The notes below the pieces were generated by a model. The model searched no databases. It worked only from the letters and a program-made list of their open reading frames with translations, and was not told the origin of the DNA. The position numbers and the translations under genes were made by a program. From an uncultured Gammaproteobacteria bacterium (lineage in GTDB: Bacteria > Pseudomonadota > Gammaproteobacteria > Xanthomonadales > Rhodanobacteraceae): a stretch of 64,000 nt of DNA. This document shows positions 29,288 through 38,419 of the stretch, piece after piece (the first letter of the stretch is position 1; the number at the start of each line of letters is the position of its first letter). The stretch lies in contig CAWFPB010000005.1 in assembly GCA_963817755.1 (NCBI GenBank), positions 70,593-134,592 on the forward strand, written 5' to 3'.

Positions 29288-31459
29288 TCACTTCAGGCCC
29301 AGCTCGGCGGCGAAGAAGCCCAGCGCCAGCGAGGTGTTGCCCACGCGCTGGCTGAAGCTGGCGTTGACGCCGTGGCCGGCGTGAAAGCGCGTGAGCAGCA
29401 GGATCGGCTGGCCCGAGGTCGAGGCATGCTGCAGCGCGGCGGTGAACTTGCGCGACTGCCACGGCGCCACGCGCGGGTCGTTGGCGCCGGTGGTCATCAG
29501 CACCGCCGGGTAGGCCGTGCCCGGCTTCACGTTCTGCAGCGGCGAGTACTTCAGCGTGGCGCGCAGCTGCGCCGGGTTGTGCACGGTGCCGTATTCGCTG
29601 ACGTTGTACTTGCCGTTGGCGAAATGGGTCTGGTGGCGGACCATGTCGTAGATACCGACCATCGACACCACCGCGCGGACGCTGTCCGGGTGCTGCACGA
29701 TCTGCGTGCCCATCAGCAAGCCGCCGTTGCTGCCGCCGAGGATGCCCAGGTGCGCGGTGTCGGTCCAGCCGGACTTCTTCATCGCCTGCACGGCGGCGTG
29801 GAAGTCGTCGAACACGTTCTGCTTGTCCAGTTTCTGGCCCTTCGCATGCCAGGCCTCGCCGAACTCGTTGCCGCCGCGGATGTTGGCGTAGGCCAGCACG
29901 CCGCCACGCTCGAGCCAGGCCAGGTACGGCCCGACGAAGTGCGGGGTGACCGGGATGTCGAAGCCGCCGTAGCCGTACAGGATGGTCGGGCGCTTGCCGT
30001 CGGGCTTGACGCCGGCCATGGACAACACCGTGACCGGGATTTTCGTGCCGTCCTTCGACACACCCTCGATGCGGTGCGCGCGGATGTTCGCATACGCACC
30101 GGAGGCCGGCTTGACCTCGAACACGGTGCGGACGGCCCCGCTGCCGGCGTTGTAGTCGACCCAGCGCGAGGGCAGCTTCCAGCCGCCGTAGCTGATCAGG
30201 GCGTGCTCGCGGCCGTGCTCGGAGGCGATGCCGCCGATGGCGATGCCGTGCTCGGGCAGGTCCACGCGGCGCACCCGGTGTCCCCGGGCGTCGTACTGCA
30301 CGGCCCACCAGTCCGGTCCCCAGCTGTAGACGGCCAGGAAACCGTTGCCGATCGGCGACACGCCCTGCAGGGCACCCTTGCGCTGCTCGGGCAGCAGCTG
30401 GTGCACGTTGCCGCTCGGCTCGCGGACCAGCAGGCGCCCACGCGGTGCGCCGGCGAACTGGCGCATCACCAGGCGCTGGCCGACCCAGGTCGCGCCGCGC
30501 ACGTTGGCGCGCCGGCCCAGCAGCAGGCGGAAATGCCCATCCTGGCGCAGGTAGACCTCGGCCGCGCCGCCATCGCCGATGTTGGCCAGCACGGCCAGGT
30601 GCCTGGCGCCCGGCGAGTCGAGCAGCCGGTACTCGGCCACCGCCGAATAGTGCTTGCCGAACACCACCTTGTCGTGCGCGGATGGCTGGCCCAGCACGTG
30701 GTGCACCAACGCGGCATGGAACTGCTTCACTGCATGCCCGGTGGACGGCGGCGGAAAGCGCACGTAGGTGAACCCGTGCTCGTCGGCGTCCCAGGCCAGG
30801 CCCTGCGGCGTGGTGCCGCCGCCGGCGTACGGTAGGGCATCGGCCAGCCGCTTGCCGGTCTTCACGTCCAGCACGTGGATGGTGGTCAGCTCGCTGCCGC
30901 CCCTGGCCGTGCCGTAGGCCAGGTAGCGCCCGCTGGGCGAGGGCCAGTAGGCGGTGATCGCCTCGCCGCCCTGGTCCGCGTTCAGGTCCACCAGCACCCG
31001 CGCCTTGCCGTGCAGGCCGTGCTGGGCCACCAGCACCGGCTGCGGCTGCGGCGGGGTCTCGCGCAGGTAGAACAGCGTGCCACCGGCCAGGCGCGGCGCC
31101 GAGCGCGTGGTCGAGGTGATCGCCAGCTCGCGCACCCGCTTGCTGATGGCCTTGTGGCCGGGCATGGCGTCGACCATCTTCTCGGTGTAGGCGTTCTGTT
31201 CGGCGATCCACTTGCGCACCGCCGGATCGTCCGGGTGCTCCAGCCAGCGATATGGATCGGCGACATGGATGCCGTGCAGCGTACTGCCCGCGGCGTGCCG
31301 AGCCGTCGGCGGCGGTGGTGGCACGTTCGGCTGGGTGTAGTGGGTGTCGATCAACGCCGTCTGGGCGGAGGTCGGCTTGTGCCGGGCCGGCGCCTGGGCG
31401 TTGGCCACGCCGGTCACGAACAGGAAGGCCGCGGAGACGAAGAGCGGGAATGCACGCAT
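29288..31459 (-). CDS. Secreted prolyl oligopeptidase (S9A)
   Basis: Signal peptide, DPYRWLE, YGYGGF, NIRGGNEFG, GGSNGG (Ser), NDPRV (Asp), AGHG (His). Confidence 0.92.
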   Translation of the reverse strand: MRAFPLFVSAAFLFVTGVANAQAPARHKPTSAQTALIDTHYTQPNVPPPPPTARHAAGSTLHGIHVADPYRWLEHPDDPAVRKWIAEQNAYTEKMVDAMPGHKAISKRVRELAITSTTRSAPRLAGGTLFYLRETPPQPQPVLVAQHGLHGKARVLVDLNADQGGEAITAYWPSPSGRYLAYGTARGGSELTTIHVLDVKTGKRLADALPYAGGGTTPQGLAWDADEHGFTYVRFPPPSTGHAVKQFHAALVHHVLGQPSAHDKVVFGKHYSAVAEYRLLDSPGARHLAVLANIGDGGAAEVYLRQDGHFRLLLGRRANVRGATWVGQRLVMRQFAGAPRGRLLVREPSGNVHQLLPEQRKGALQGVSPIGNGFLAVYSWGPDWWAVQYDARGHRVRRVDLPEHGIAIGGIASEHGREHALISYGGWKLPSRWVDYNAGSGAVRTVFEVKPASGAYANIRAHRIEGVSKDGTKIPVTVLSMAGVKPDGKRPTILYGYGGFDIPVTPHFVGPYLAWLERGGVLAYANIRGGNEFGEAWHAKGQKLDKQNVFDDFHAAVQAMKKSGWTDTAHLGILGGSNGGLLMGTQIVQHPDSVRAVVSMVGIYDMVRHQTHFANGKYNVSEYGTVHNPAQLRATLKYSPLQNVKPGTAYPAVLMTTGANDPRVAPWQSRKFTAALQHASTSGQPILLLTRFHAGHGVNASFSQRVGNTSLALGFFAAELGLK

Positions 31460-31613
31460 GGATGGCTCACCTCGAACGGAGTCGCAGTCCTCGAAGCGTA
31501 GCGCGCCGCACACGGCGGCGCATCCGTCGTGGCCGCACCCCTGACTTGTGGCACAGACGCCGTGCAGCCGGACAACAAGGCGGTATCCTCGACGTTTTGA
31601 CCCGGAGAACCGC

Positions 31614-34058
31614 ATGCGTCGTTTTGCCTTCGCCGCCGCCCTGGTCCTGACCTGTGCGCCCGCCCTCGCGGCGCGGCTGACCGTCGACCAGATCATGGCC
31701 AACCCGGACTGGATCGGTCCGGCCGTCGAATCGCCCTACTGGAGCGCCAACGGGCAGTACATCTACTACAAGCTCAAGCGCGACGGCAGCGAGATCCGCG
31801 ACCTGTACCGCGTGGACCCCGACAGCGGGCGCACGGTCAAGCTCACCGACGCACAGATGGCCACGGTCGACGGCCCGTCCGTGTACAACGCCGCTCGCAC
31901 GCGTGCCGCCTACGTGCTGCACGGCGACGTATTCGTGCGCGACCTGGCCAGCGGCAAGCGCATCCAGGTCACGCGCACCGCGCAAACCGAGTCGGGCGTG
32001 CAGTGGAGCGCCAATGGCCACGCCGTGCAGTACCGGGTCGGCAACAACTGGTACAGCTACGATCTCACCACCGGCACCACCAGCAGCGTGGCGGTGCTCA
32101 AGGCTGCGGACAACCCGCAGGACAAGCAGCCCGGGCAGCTCGAACGCCACCAGCTGCGCCTGTTCAAGGTCCTGCGCCACGGCAAGACCGAGCGCGACGC
32201 CGAACGCGCGCACGAAGATCGCCTGGACCGCGCCGACGCCACCCGTAGCGCGCAGCCGTTCTGGCTGGGCAAGGGCGTGCGCATCGTCGATACCGAACTG
32301 TCGACCGGCGGTCGCTGGATGCTGGTGGTCACGCAGCCGAAGGGCCACGAGAGCGGCAAGAACCCGGTGGTCAACCATTACGTGACCGACTCCGGCTACG
32401 TCCGGGCGGAGAAGGCGCGCACCTACGTCGGCCGCAACAAGCCTGCCCCGCAGTCGCTGGTGCTGCTGGACCTGTCCGCGCACAAGCAGTACCCGCTGTC
32501 GCTGGGTGGCCTACCCGGCATCCATCACGACCCGCTGGCCAAGCTCCGCGCCGAACGCCAGGCGCAACTGCGCAAGGAGGGCCACGACGCCGAGGCCAAG
32601 GCCCTGGATGCGCCGAAGACGCGCGGCGTGCGCATCGCCGACGAAGGCCCGGCCCAGGTTGCGTGGAGCGAGGACGGCAAGGCCGCCGCGGTGATGATGC
32701 GCGCCATCGACAACAAGGACCGCTGGATCGCCAGCATCGATTTTTCCGACCACAAGCTGGTGCCGCAGGACCGCCTGCACGATGCCGCCTGGATCAACTG
32801 GAACTACAACAGTTTCGACTTCCTGCCGCACAGCCATACCCTGTGGTTCGAGAGCGAGCGGACCGGCTACGCGCAGCTGTACGTCAAACCACTGCACGGC
32901 GCCGCGCGCCAGCTCACCGCCGGCCACTTCGAGGTTCGCCTGCCGCAGGTCTCGCCCGACGGCAAGTGGTTCTACGTGGTGGCCAACCGGCAGGCCCCGG
33001 CCGACTACGACGTCTACCGCGTGCGCACCACCGGCGGCAAGCTCGAGCGCGTGACCGCCTACCAGGGCCTGTACGATTTCGAGGAGCCGACCCCGTTCCG
33101 CCTCTCGCCCGACGGCAAGCGGCTGGCGGTGGTGCATTCGTCGGCCTACGTGCCGCCGCAGCTGGCGGTCATCGATACCAACGGAGCCGGCGGCCGCGAA
33201 CTGACCGATACCCGCACGGCGAAATACAAGGCCATGCACTGGGTGCAGCCGAAGTTCGTCCAGGTGCCCTCCAGCCACGGCGACTTCGCCATCCACGCCA
33301 AGCTGTACGTGGCGCCGCATTTCGACGCGTCCAAACCGCACCCGGCGGTGATCTTCGTGCACGGCGCCGGCTACCTGCAGGACGTGACCCGCAGCTGGAC
33401 CTACTACTTCCGCGAGCAGATGTTCAACAACCTGCTGACCCAGGAAGGCTACGTGGTCATCGACCTGGACTACCGCGGCTCGGAGGGCTACGGCCGCGCC
33501 TGGCGCACCGCGATCTATCGCGACATGGGCCATCCCGAACTGCAGGACCTTCTGGACGGCAAGCACTGGCTGGTCAAGCACTACCACGTCGATCCGCAGC
33601 GCGTGGGCATCTACGGCGGCAGCTACGGCGGCTTCATGACCGAGATGGCGATGTTGCGCGCGCCGGGCCAGTTCGCCGCCGGCGCGGCGCTGCGTCCGCC
33701 GGCCGACTGGATGACCTACAACGACGGCTACACGTCCAACATCCTCAACGACCCGCAGCTCGACCCGGCCGCCTACAAGCGCAGCTCGCCGATCGAGTAC
33801 GCCGCCAACCTGCAGGATCCGCTGCTGATCTGCCACGGCCTGATCGACAACAACGTGATGCCGACCGACTCGATCCGCCTCTACCAGCGCTTCATCGAGC
33901 TGCACAAGCACCACTTCTGGCTGTCGCTGTACCCGACCGAGCGCCACGGCTTCGTCCACGCCGACGACTGGCGCGACGAATACACGCGCATCCACGACCT
34001 GTTCACGCGCTTCGTGCTCAACGGCCCATCCCCGGCCAGCACAACGACCGCACACTGA
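31614..34058 (+). CDS. Secreted S9-family peptidase (DPP-IV-like beta-propeller plus hydrolase)
   Basis: Signal peptide, VHGAGY, DYRGSEGYG, GGSYGG (Ser), DNNV (Asp), ERHGF (His). Confidence 0.92.
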   Translation: MRRFAFAAALVLTCAPALAARLTVDQIMANPDWIGPAVESPYWSANGQYIYYKLKRDGSEIRDLYRVDPDSGRTVKLTDAQMATVDGPSVYNAARTRAAYVLHGDVFVRDLASGKRIQVTRTAQTESGVQWSANGHAVQYRVGNNWYSYDLTTGTTSSVAVLKAADNPQDKQPGQLERHQLRLFKVLRHGKTERDAERAHEDRLDRADATRSAQPFWLGKGVRIVDTELSTGGRWMLVVTQPKGHESGKNPVVNHYVTDSGYVRAEKARTYVGRNKPAPQSLVLLDLSAHKQYPLSLGGLPGIHHDPLAKLRAERQAQLRKEGHDAEAKALDAPKTRGVRIADEGPAQVAWSEDGKAAAVMMRAIDNKDRWIASIDFSDHKLVPQDRLHDAAWINWNYNSFDFLPHSHTLWFESERTGYAQLYVKPLHGAARQLTAGHFEVRLPQVSPDGKWFYVVANRQAPADYDVYRVRTTGGKLERVTAYQGLYDFEEPTPFRLSPDGKRLAVVHSSAYVPPQLAVIDTNGAGGRELTDTRTAKYKAMHWVQPKFVQVPSSHGDFAIHAKLYVAPHFDASKPHPAVIFVHGAGYLQDVTRSWTYYFREQMFNNLLTQEGYVVIDLDYRGSEGYGRAWRTAIYRDMGHPELQDLLDGKHWLVKHYHVDPQRVGIYGGSYGGFMTEMAMLRAPGQFAAGAALRPPADWMTYNDGYTSNILNDPQLDPAAYKRSSPIEYAANLQDPLLICHGLIDNNVMPTDSIRLYQRFIELHKHHFWLSLYPTERHGFVHADDWRDEYTRIHDLFTRFVLNGPSPASTTTAH

Positions 34059-34069
34059 GAGGCCCCATC

Positions 34070-34723
34070 ATGCACCTGGCATCGGTCAACGTCGGACTTC
34101 CGTGTGAAGTCATGTACGAGGGTCGCCCGGTGCGCACCGGCATCTTCAAGCACTCCGTGGACGGACCCGTGCACGTGGGACTCAACAACCTGGACGGTGA
34201 CGCCCAGGCCGACCCCGTCCACCACGGCGGGCTGGACAAGGCCGTGTACGCGTTCTCGCTGGAGCAGTATGCGTACTGGGAGGCGGCCCTGGAGCGGCCG
34301 CCGATGCCCAGCGGACAATTCGGCGAGAACCTGACCATTGCCGGGCTCGACGAATCGGAGGCCTGCGTGGGCGATTGCCTGCGCATCGGCGGAACGCGGC
34401 TGGTGATCACCCAGCCGCGCATTCCCTGCTTCAAGCTCGGTCTTCGCATGCAGCTTCCGGACATGCCCAGGCGCTTCACGGCACACGCCTGGACCGGCTG
34501 CTACCTGCGCGTCGAACGCGAGGGCGTGATCACGGCGGGGGACAGCGTGGAATTCGCATCGCGTGACCAGAACAGCGTGTCGGTCCGCGACCTGTTTCGC
34601 GCCTTCATGAATCCGGGCCAGGCGGACGCCGCGGAGATTCTTCTGCGCGCGCTGGACGTCCCCGCTCTGGCCACGTCGCTGCGCAAGACGATCATGCGCC
34701 GGCTGGACAACGCGCCAACCTGA
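34070..34723 (+). CDS. MOSC-domain protein with 3-alpha domain (YiiM-like)
   Basis: TGIFK, GDAQADPVHHGGLDKAVY, FGENLT, TQPRIPCFKL, TGCYLRV. Confidence 0.9.
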   Translation: MHLASVNVGLPCEVMYEGRPVRTGIFKHSVDGPVHVGLNNLDGDAQADPVHHGGLDKAVYAFSLEQYAYWEAALERPPMPSGQFGENLTIAGLDESEACVGDCLRIGGTRLVITQPRIPCFKLGLRMQLPDMPRRFTAHAWTGCYLRVEREGVITAGDSVEFASRDQNSVSVRDLFRAFMNPGQADAAEILLRALDVPALATSLRKTIMRRLDNAPT

Positions 34724-34823
34724 ACCCGGTCGGACTGCTGCCGGCTTGCTCCATCACCGAGGCACGGCACGTGCCTTCGCCGGCGCTACACTTCGCGCTC
34801 ATGCCTGCCGCAAGGAGCCCGTC

Positions 34824-35414
34824 ATGCCCATCACGCCCCGCATTCCCATTCCCCGGCCGTGGGTCGACCGCAAGAGCACCGCGCGCACGCTGATGGCCAC
34901 GGAGCTGGAGAAGCTTCCGCCCCAAGAGCGCGAGATCGTCGAACGCTTCATCCACCGCAAGCACATGGCGCGCAACGTGCTGCGCGAATTCGACGAGAGC
35001 ATGAGCTTCGGCGAGCGACTGTCCGACCGCATCGCCGAGATCGGCGGCAGCTGGACCTTCATCCTGACCTTCCTGTTCTTCCTGATGGTCTGGATGATCT
35101 TCAACAGTTACGTGCTGCACCGCGAGGCATTCGACCCCTATCCGTACATCCTGCTCAACCTTGCGCTGTCGTGCCTGGCCGCGCTGCAGGCACCGATCAT
35201 CATGATGAGCCAGAACCGCCAGGCCGATGCCGACCGCGCGCAGGCCAAGAACGACTACGAGGTGAACGTGCGTGCGGAGCTGGAAATCCTGCAAGTGCAC
35301 GAGAAAATCAACATCCTGCGCGAAACCGACCTGGGCGAGGTGATGGAAACCCTGCGCCGCCAGGAAGCGGCCATCCAGGCACTCGCTGCGCGCCTGGCAG
35401 CCACCGGGCACTGA
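34824..35414 (+). CDS. DUF1003 membrane protein
   Basis: SFGERLSDRIAEIGGSWTF, FDPYPYILLNL, AALQAPIIMMSQNRQ. Confidence 0.9.
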   Translation: MPITPRIPIPRPWVDRKSTARTLMATELEKLPPQEREIVERFIHRKHMARNVLREFDESMSFGERLSDRIAEIGGSWTFILTFLFFLMVWMIFNSYVLHREAFDPYPYILLNLALSCLAALQAPIIMMSQNRQADADRAQAKNDYEVNVRAELEILQVHEKINILRETDLGEVMETLRRQEAAIQALAARLAATGH

Positions 35415-35426
35415 AACGCAGCCATG

Positions 35427-35458
35427 AAAAAGCCGGCGATGCACGAGGCACCGCCGGC
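35427..35458 (-). terminator. Intrinsic terminator for the PHI-1-like gene
   Basis: Minus strand GCCGGCGGTGC-ctcgt-GCATCGCCGGC-TTTTT: 11-bp stem with one G-U pair and a U5 tail. Confidence 0.75.
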
Positions 35459-35487
35459 CGGTCTTGCAGGTGTTGCTGATCAGGCGA

Positions 35488-36510
35488 TCAGTAGGTCATC
35501 ACGCACCCACCGGCGCCGCTGTTGAAGGCATTGCTCCACAGCGACTGCACCGGATAGTTGGTGCCGTTGATGTTCTCGATCGCCGAGGCGCCCTGGCCGG
35601 AGGAGATCCACGCGCACTTGTCGCCGGTCTCCGCGCCGCTGCCGTCCAGCCAGCCGGTGCTGGGGAACTGGTCGGTGATGGTCTCGGCCAGCTCGTGGCC
35701 CTCGACCATGGTGATGCCGGCGTTCGGACCCATGCCGTTGTAGTTGGCGCCGCAGCTCGAACCGGCGTCCGTGATGTAGGGCATGTTGGTGTAGGCCACG
35801 TTGCCGTACGAGGAGCTGGTGGAGCTGTGGTAGGCGCAGTACTGCGTGCCGAAGCCCGACGAGTTGTTGCCGGTCGAGGTCAGGACCACGTACTGGGCGC
35901 TGGCATTGCTGCTGGCCGACGTGTTACCGAAATAGGCCGCCGCACGAACGGCCTCGGCCGCGATGTCGGACTGGGCCGGACGGCTCGGGGCCGCCGAACC
36001 GGTGTCGAACCACACGCCCTGGTACATGCCCGGCGGGTTGCCGGCCGCGGTGCCTGCGCCGTTGCAGAAGGTGGTCCCGCTGGCCACGCCCTGGCAGTAC
36101 TGCGTCTGGCTGTTCAACCAGGTGCTGCCGCCGACGTTGGACAGGAACGACTCCAGCAGCGGCACCTCGCCACTCGGGTCGTTGTTGTTCCACTGCGAAC
36201 CCCAGACCACCAGGTACACCTTGGGCGCGGTCTCCACGCCGATGCCGCCGGTGCCGCCGCCGTACACCAGGTTGTTGCTGGTGCTGCCGCCCGGCTTGCC
36301 GTGGCCGTTGGAGCCCTTGGCGTTGTTGTGTGCGCGCCACTGCTGCTGGGCTTCGACGGTCGGGAACACAACGGCAGGACGCTGGCCCTGTTCGAGCAGC
36401 TTCACGCCGCCCGGGTTGCCGTCATAGTTCATCGGCGGCTTGGCGGCAAACACCGCACCGGCCACCAGGGTCAAAGAAAGGGCTGTCAGAACTTTCCCCA
36501 TACGTTTCAT
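35488..36510 (-). CDS. Secreted PHI-1/EXORDIUM-like protein
   Basis: Signal peptide; KVYLVVWGSQW, YCAYHS, AYTNMPY, CG...PNAG, GHELAETITDQ, ETGDKCAW, YPVQSLWSN...C motifs typical of Phi_1-like domains. Confidence 0.68.
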   Translation of the reverse strand: MKRMGKVLTALSLTLVAGAVFAAKPPMNYDGNPGGVKLLEQGQRPAVVFPTVEAQQQWRAHNNAKGSNGHGKPGGSTSNNLVYGGGTGGIGVETAPKVYLVVWGSQWNNNDPSGEVPLLESFLSNVGGSTWLNSQTQYCQGVASGTTFCNGAGTAAGNPPGMYQGVWFDTGSAAPSRPAQSDIAAEAVRAAAYFGNTSASSNASAQYVVLTSTGNNSSGFGTQYCAYHSSTSSSYGNVAYTNMPYITDAGSSCGANYNGMGPNAGITMVEGHELAETITDQFPSTGWLDGSGAETGDKCAWISSGQGASAIENINGTNYPVQSLWSNAFNSGAGGCVMTY

Positions 36511-36712
36511 GCAAACGCCTCCTCGAGAAATGGACACAGGCGAGCAGCTCGGGCGCTGGCGCCCGACGACTCCCTGTTCACTGGAACTCCCCCTGATTCG
36601 CCTTGCTGCATGCGTGCTCCCGCAGTCCTGCGGGGCCGCTGCCAATCGGCTGGTTCCAAGCTGGTCCCCGGGGCTTTCACGGACCTTTCCCAAAAGGCCC
36701 AAACGTGCCCGT

Positions 36713-36744
36713 ATCCGGCAAACCTGTATGCGGATCCGGCAAAC
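36713..36744. promoter_or_regulatory. 11-bp direct repeat ATCCGGCAAAC x2 at 21-bp period
   Basis: Exact copies at 36713-36723 and 36734-36744, about 200 bp upstream of the PHI-1-like gene. Confidence 0.55.
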
Positions 36745-37042
36745 TTTTCATGCCCATGAACTCGACCGGCCATGCCAGCGCCCCCGAATACCCGACAACT
36801 GCATGATTCGTGGTTGATTTCCACGACCGATCGCTTGCTCGCCGAATAACGACCCGCTATACCTGCGCCCGGGAGGGCCCCGCGAAGGACTCCAACGTCC
36901 CGGTTGCGCCCTTCCCGACGCTCCGGACTGCACGGCGGTTCGGGCGCGCGCGCTACTTGCGACGGGCCGCCCTCCGGCCCTGCACTGCGCCTGCCCCGTG
37001 CCACTGCCCGACCACTTCTCGTGACCCAAGCAGGAGAGCACC

Positions 37043-37552
37043 ATGGCCATCCGATATCTCAAGATCATCCTCGTGCTGTTCGTCGGCCTGCAGGGCTGGC
37101 TGTACGTGGCCGGCAACCTTGCCAACTGGCCACAGGGCGTGGGCGCCATCGCGTACGTCATCGGCATGCACGAACACGCCGTGTATCCCACCCCCATCTT
37201 CCCGGCCCTGGAAGGCACCGGCTGGGCGATTGGCGCATTCGCGGTCATCCTCTTGGGCGAATTCGCGGTCGGCGCGCTTTCCCTGTGGGGCGTCTGGCAA
37301 CTGTGGGCCCGGCGCAAGGCCGGCCCGGCCGCTTTCCACGCCGCCAAGACGCCGGCGATGCTGGGCGCCGGCATGGCCCTGGTGGTGTGGTTCGGATTCT
37401 TCGTCGTGATCGGTGGCGCGCTGTTCCAGATGTGGCAGACCCAGGTCGGCAATGCCTCGTTTCGTGGTGCCTTCGTCTACGCCATCACCAGTGGCGTGGT
37501 GCTGCTGTTCCTGCAGCACCCGGAACCGGACCTTCAGCGCCCGGTTGCCTGA
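37043..37552 (+). CDS. DUF2165-family small integral membrane protein
   Basis: AGNLANW...AYVIGMH, GFFVVIGGALFQMWQT; GGAG RBS. Confidence 0.78.
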   Translation: MAIRYLKIILVLFVGLQGWLYVAGNLANWPQGVGAIAYVIGMHEHAVYPTPIFPALEGTGWAIGAFAVILLGEFAVGALSLWGVWQLWARRKAGPAAFHAAKTPAMLGAGMALVVWFGFFVVIGGALFQMWQTQVGNASFRGAFVYAITSGVVLLFLQHPEPDLQRPVA

Positions 37553-38382
37553 GGCATCCTGCGTGCCGACGGCGGCTGCGTGGCGATATGCTGCAGCCCG
37601 GCGCGCAATGTCGCATGGGAAAGCTCGCCGACGTGAATGTTGACGAGCCGGCCGTCGCGACCGATGAACAGGGTGGTCGGATAACCGCGCACGCGGTAGT
37701 AGCCGGCCAGTGCGCCATCGTCGATGACCACGTTCTCCGGGTGCAGTCCCTGTGCCGCCAGGAACCTCCGCACCTTGTCCGACGATTCGGCCTGGTCGGC
37801 GAAGACGAACCGCACGCCGGGATATTGCCGCTGTGCCTGCACCAGCACCGGCATCTCGCGCCGGCACGGTCCGCACCAGGTGGCCCAGAAATTGAGCACC
37901 AGCGGACGACCGCGCCACGCAGTGGTGGCGACCGGACGTCCATCGAGGTCGCGCACGGAAAGGGCGGGCAAGGGCGGGTGTGCCGCCGTGCTCAGCTGCA
38001 TGCCCCCCAGAAGCACCAGCATCCAGGCGGCCACGCCGACCCCTACGGTCGCCAGCAGCGGCCGGCGCCTTCGCGCGCTTGTCCATGCGATCGCCACGGT
38101 GGCGATGACCACGGCCGACAGCCCGGCCACGGGATCGAAGCCGCCATCGCGCACGTTGAGGATGTCCCAGGGATGGGCAGCGTAGTCGGGCCACTGGCGC
38201 AGCACGTACACGCCGCGTGCGACCAGCAGGGCCAGGCCCAGCAGCCACCATGCCGGCGTGGTCATGTCCGCTCGACCGCCCCGGGCCAGGAATCGCGCCA
38301 TCCAGTGCGCCGCCAGCACGCCCGCCAGCAGCGCCAGCACGCCCATGGAGAACAGGAACGGCCCGATCGCCACCGGATTCAC
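37534..38382 (-). CDS. TlpA-family disulfide reductase with N-terminal Lgt-like membrane domain
   Basis: MNPVAIGPF...ARGVYV...WDILNVRDGGF (Lgt-like), then LNFWATWCGPCRREMP and RGYPTTLFI. Confidence 0.88.
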   Translation of the reverse strand: MNPVAIGPFLFSMGVLALLAGVLAAHWMARFLARGGRADMTTPAWWLLGLALLVARGVYVLRQWPDYAAHPWDILNVRDGGFDPVAGLSAVVIATVAIAWTSARRRRPLLATVGVGVAAWMLVLLGGMQLSTAAHPPLPALSVRDLDGRPVATTAWRGRPLVLNFWATWCGPCRREMPVLVQAQRQYPGVRFVFADQAESSDKVRRFLAAQGLHPENVVIDDGALAGYYRVRGYPTTLFIGRDGRLVNIHVGELSHATLRAGLQHIATQPPSARRMPQATGR

Positions 38383-38419
38383 GGGCAGCGCCCCGGCGCG
38401 AACATCGCGGCGTGCGCTG

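Noticed and set aside
29288-31459. Prolyl oligopeptidase as the maturation protease of the bufferin peptide
   Set aside because: It is 10 kb away with unrelated genes between, and the precursor's leader is a Sec signal peptide that signal peptidase can remove.
29175-34723. Long Arg/Ala/Pro-rich ORFs overlapping the S9 peptidases (29175..31211, 29273..30835, 32511..34055, 32663..34723)
   Set aside because: Off-frame or antisense shadows. Only the last 217 codons of 32663..34723 (from 34070) form the real MOSC gene.
36711-36750. c-di-GMP-I riboswitch suggested by GGCAAAC
   Set aside because: The GNRA tetraloop hairpin and GACGCAAAGC segment are missing; a DNA direct repeat explains it better.
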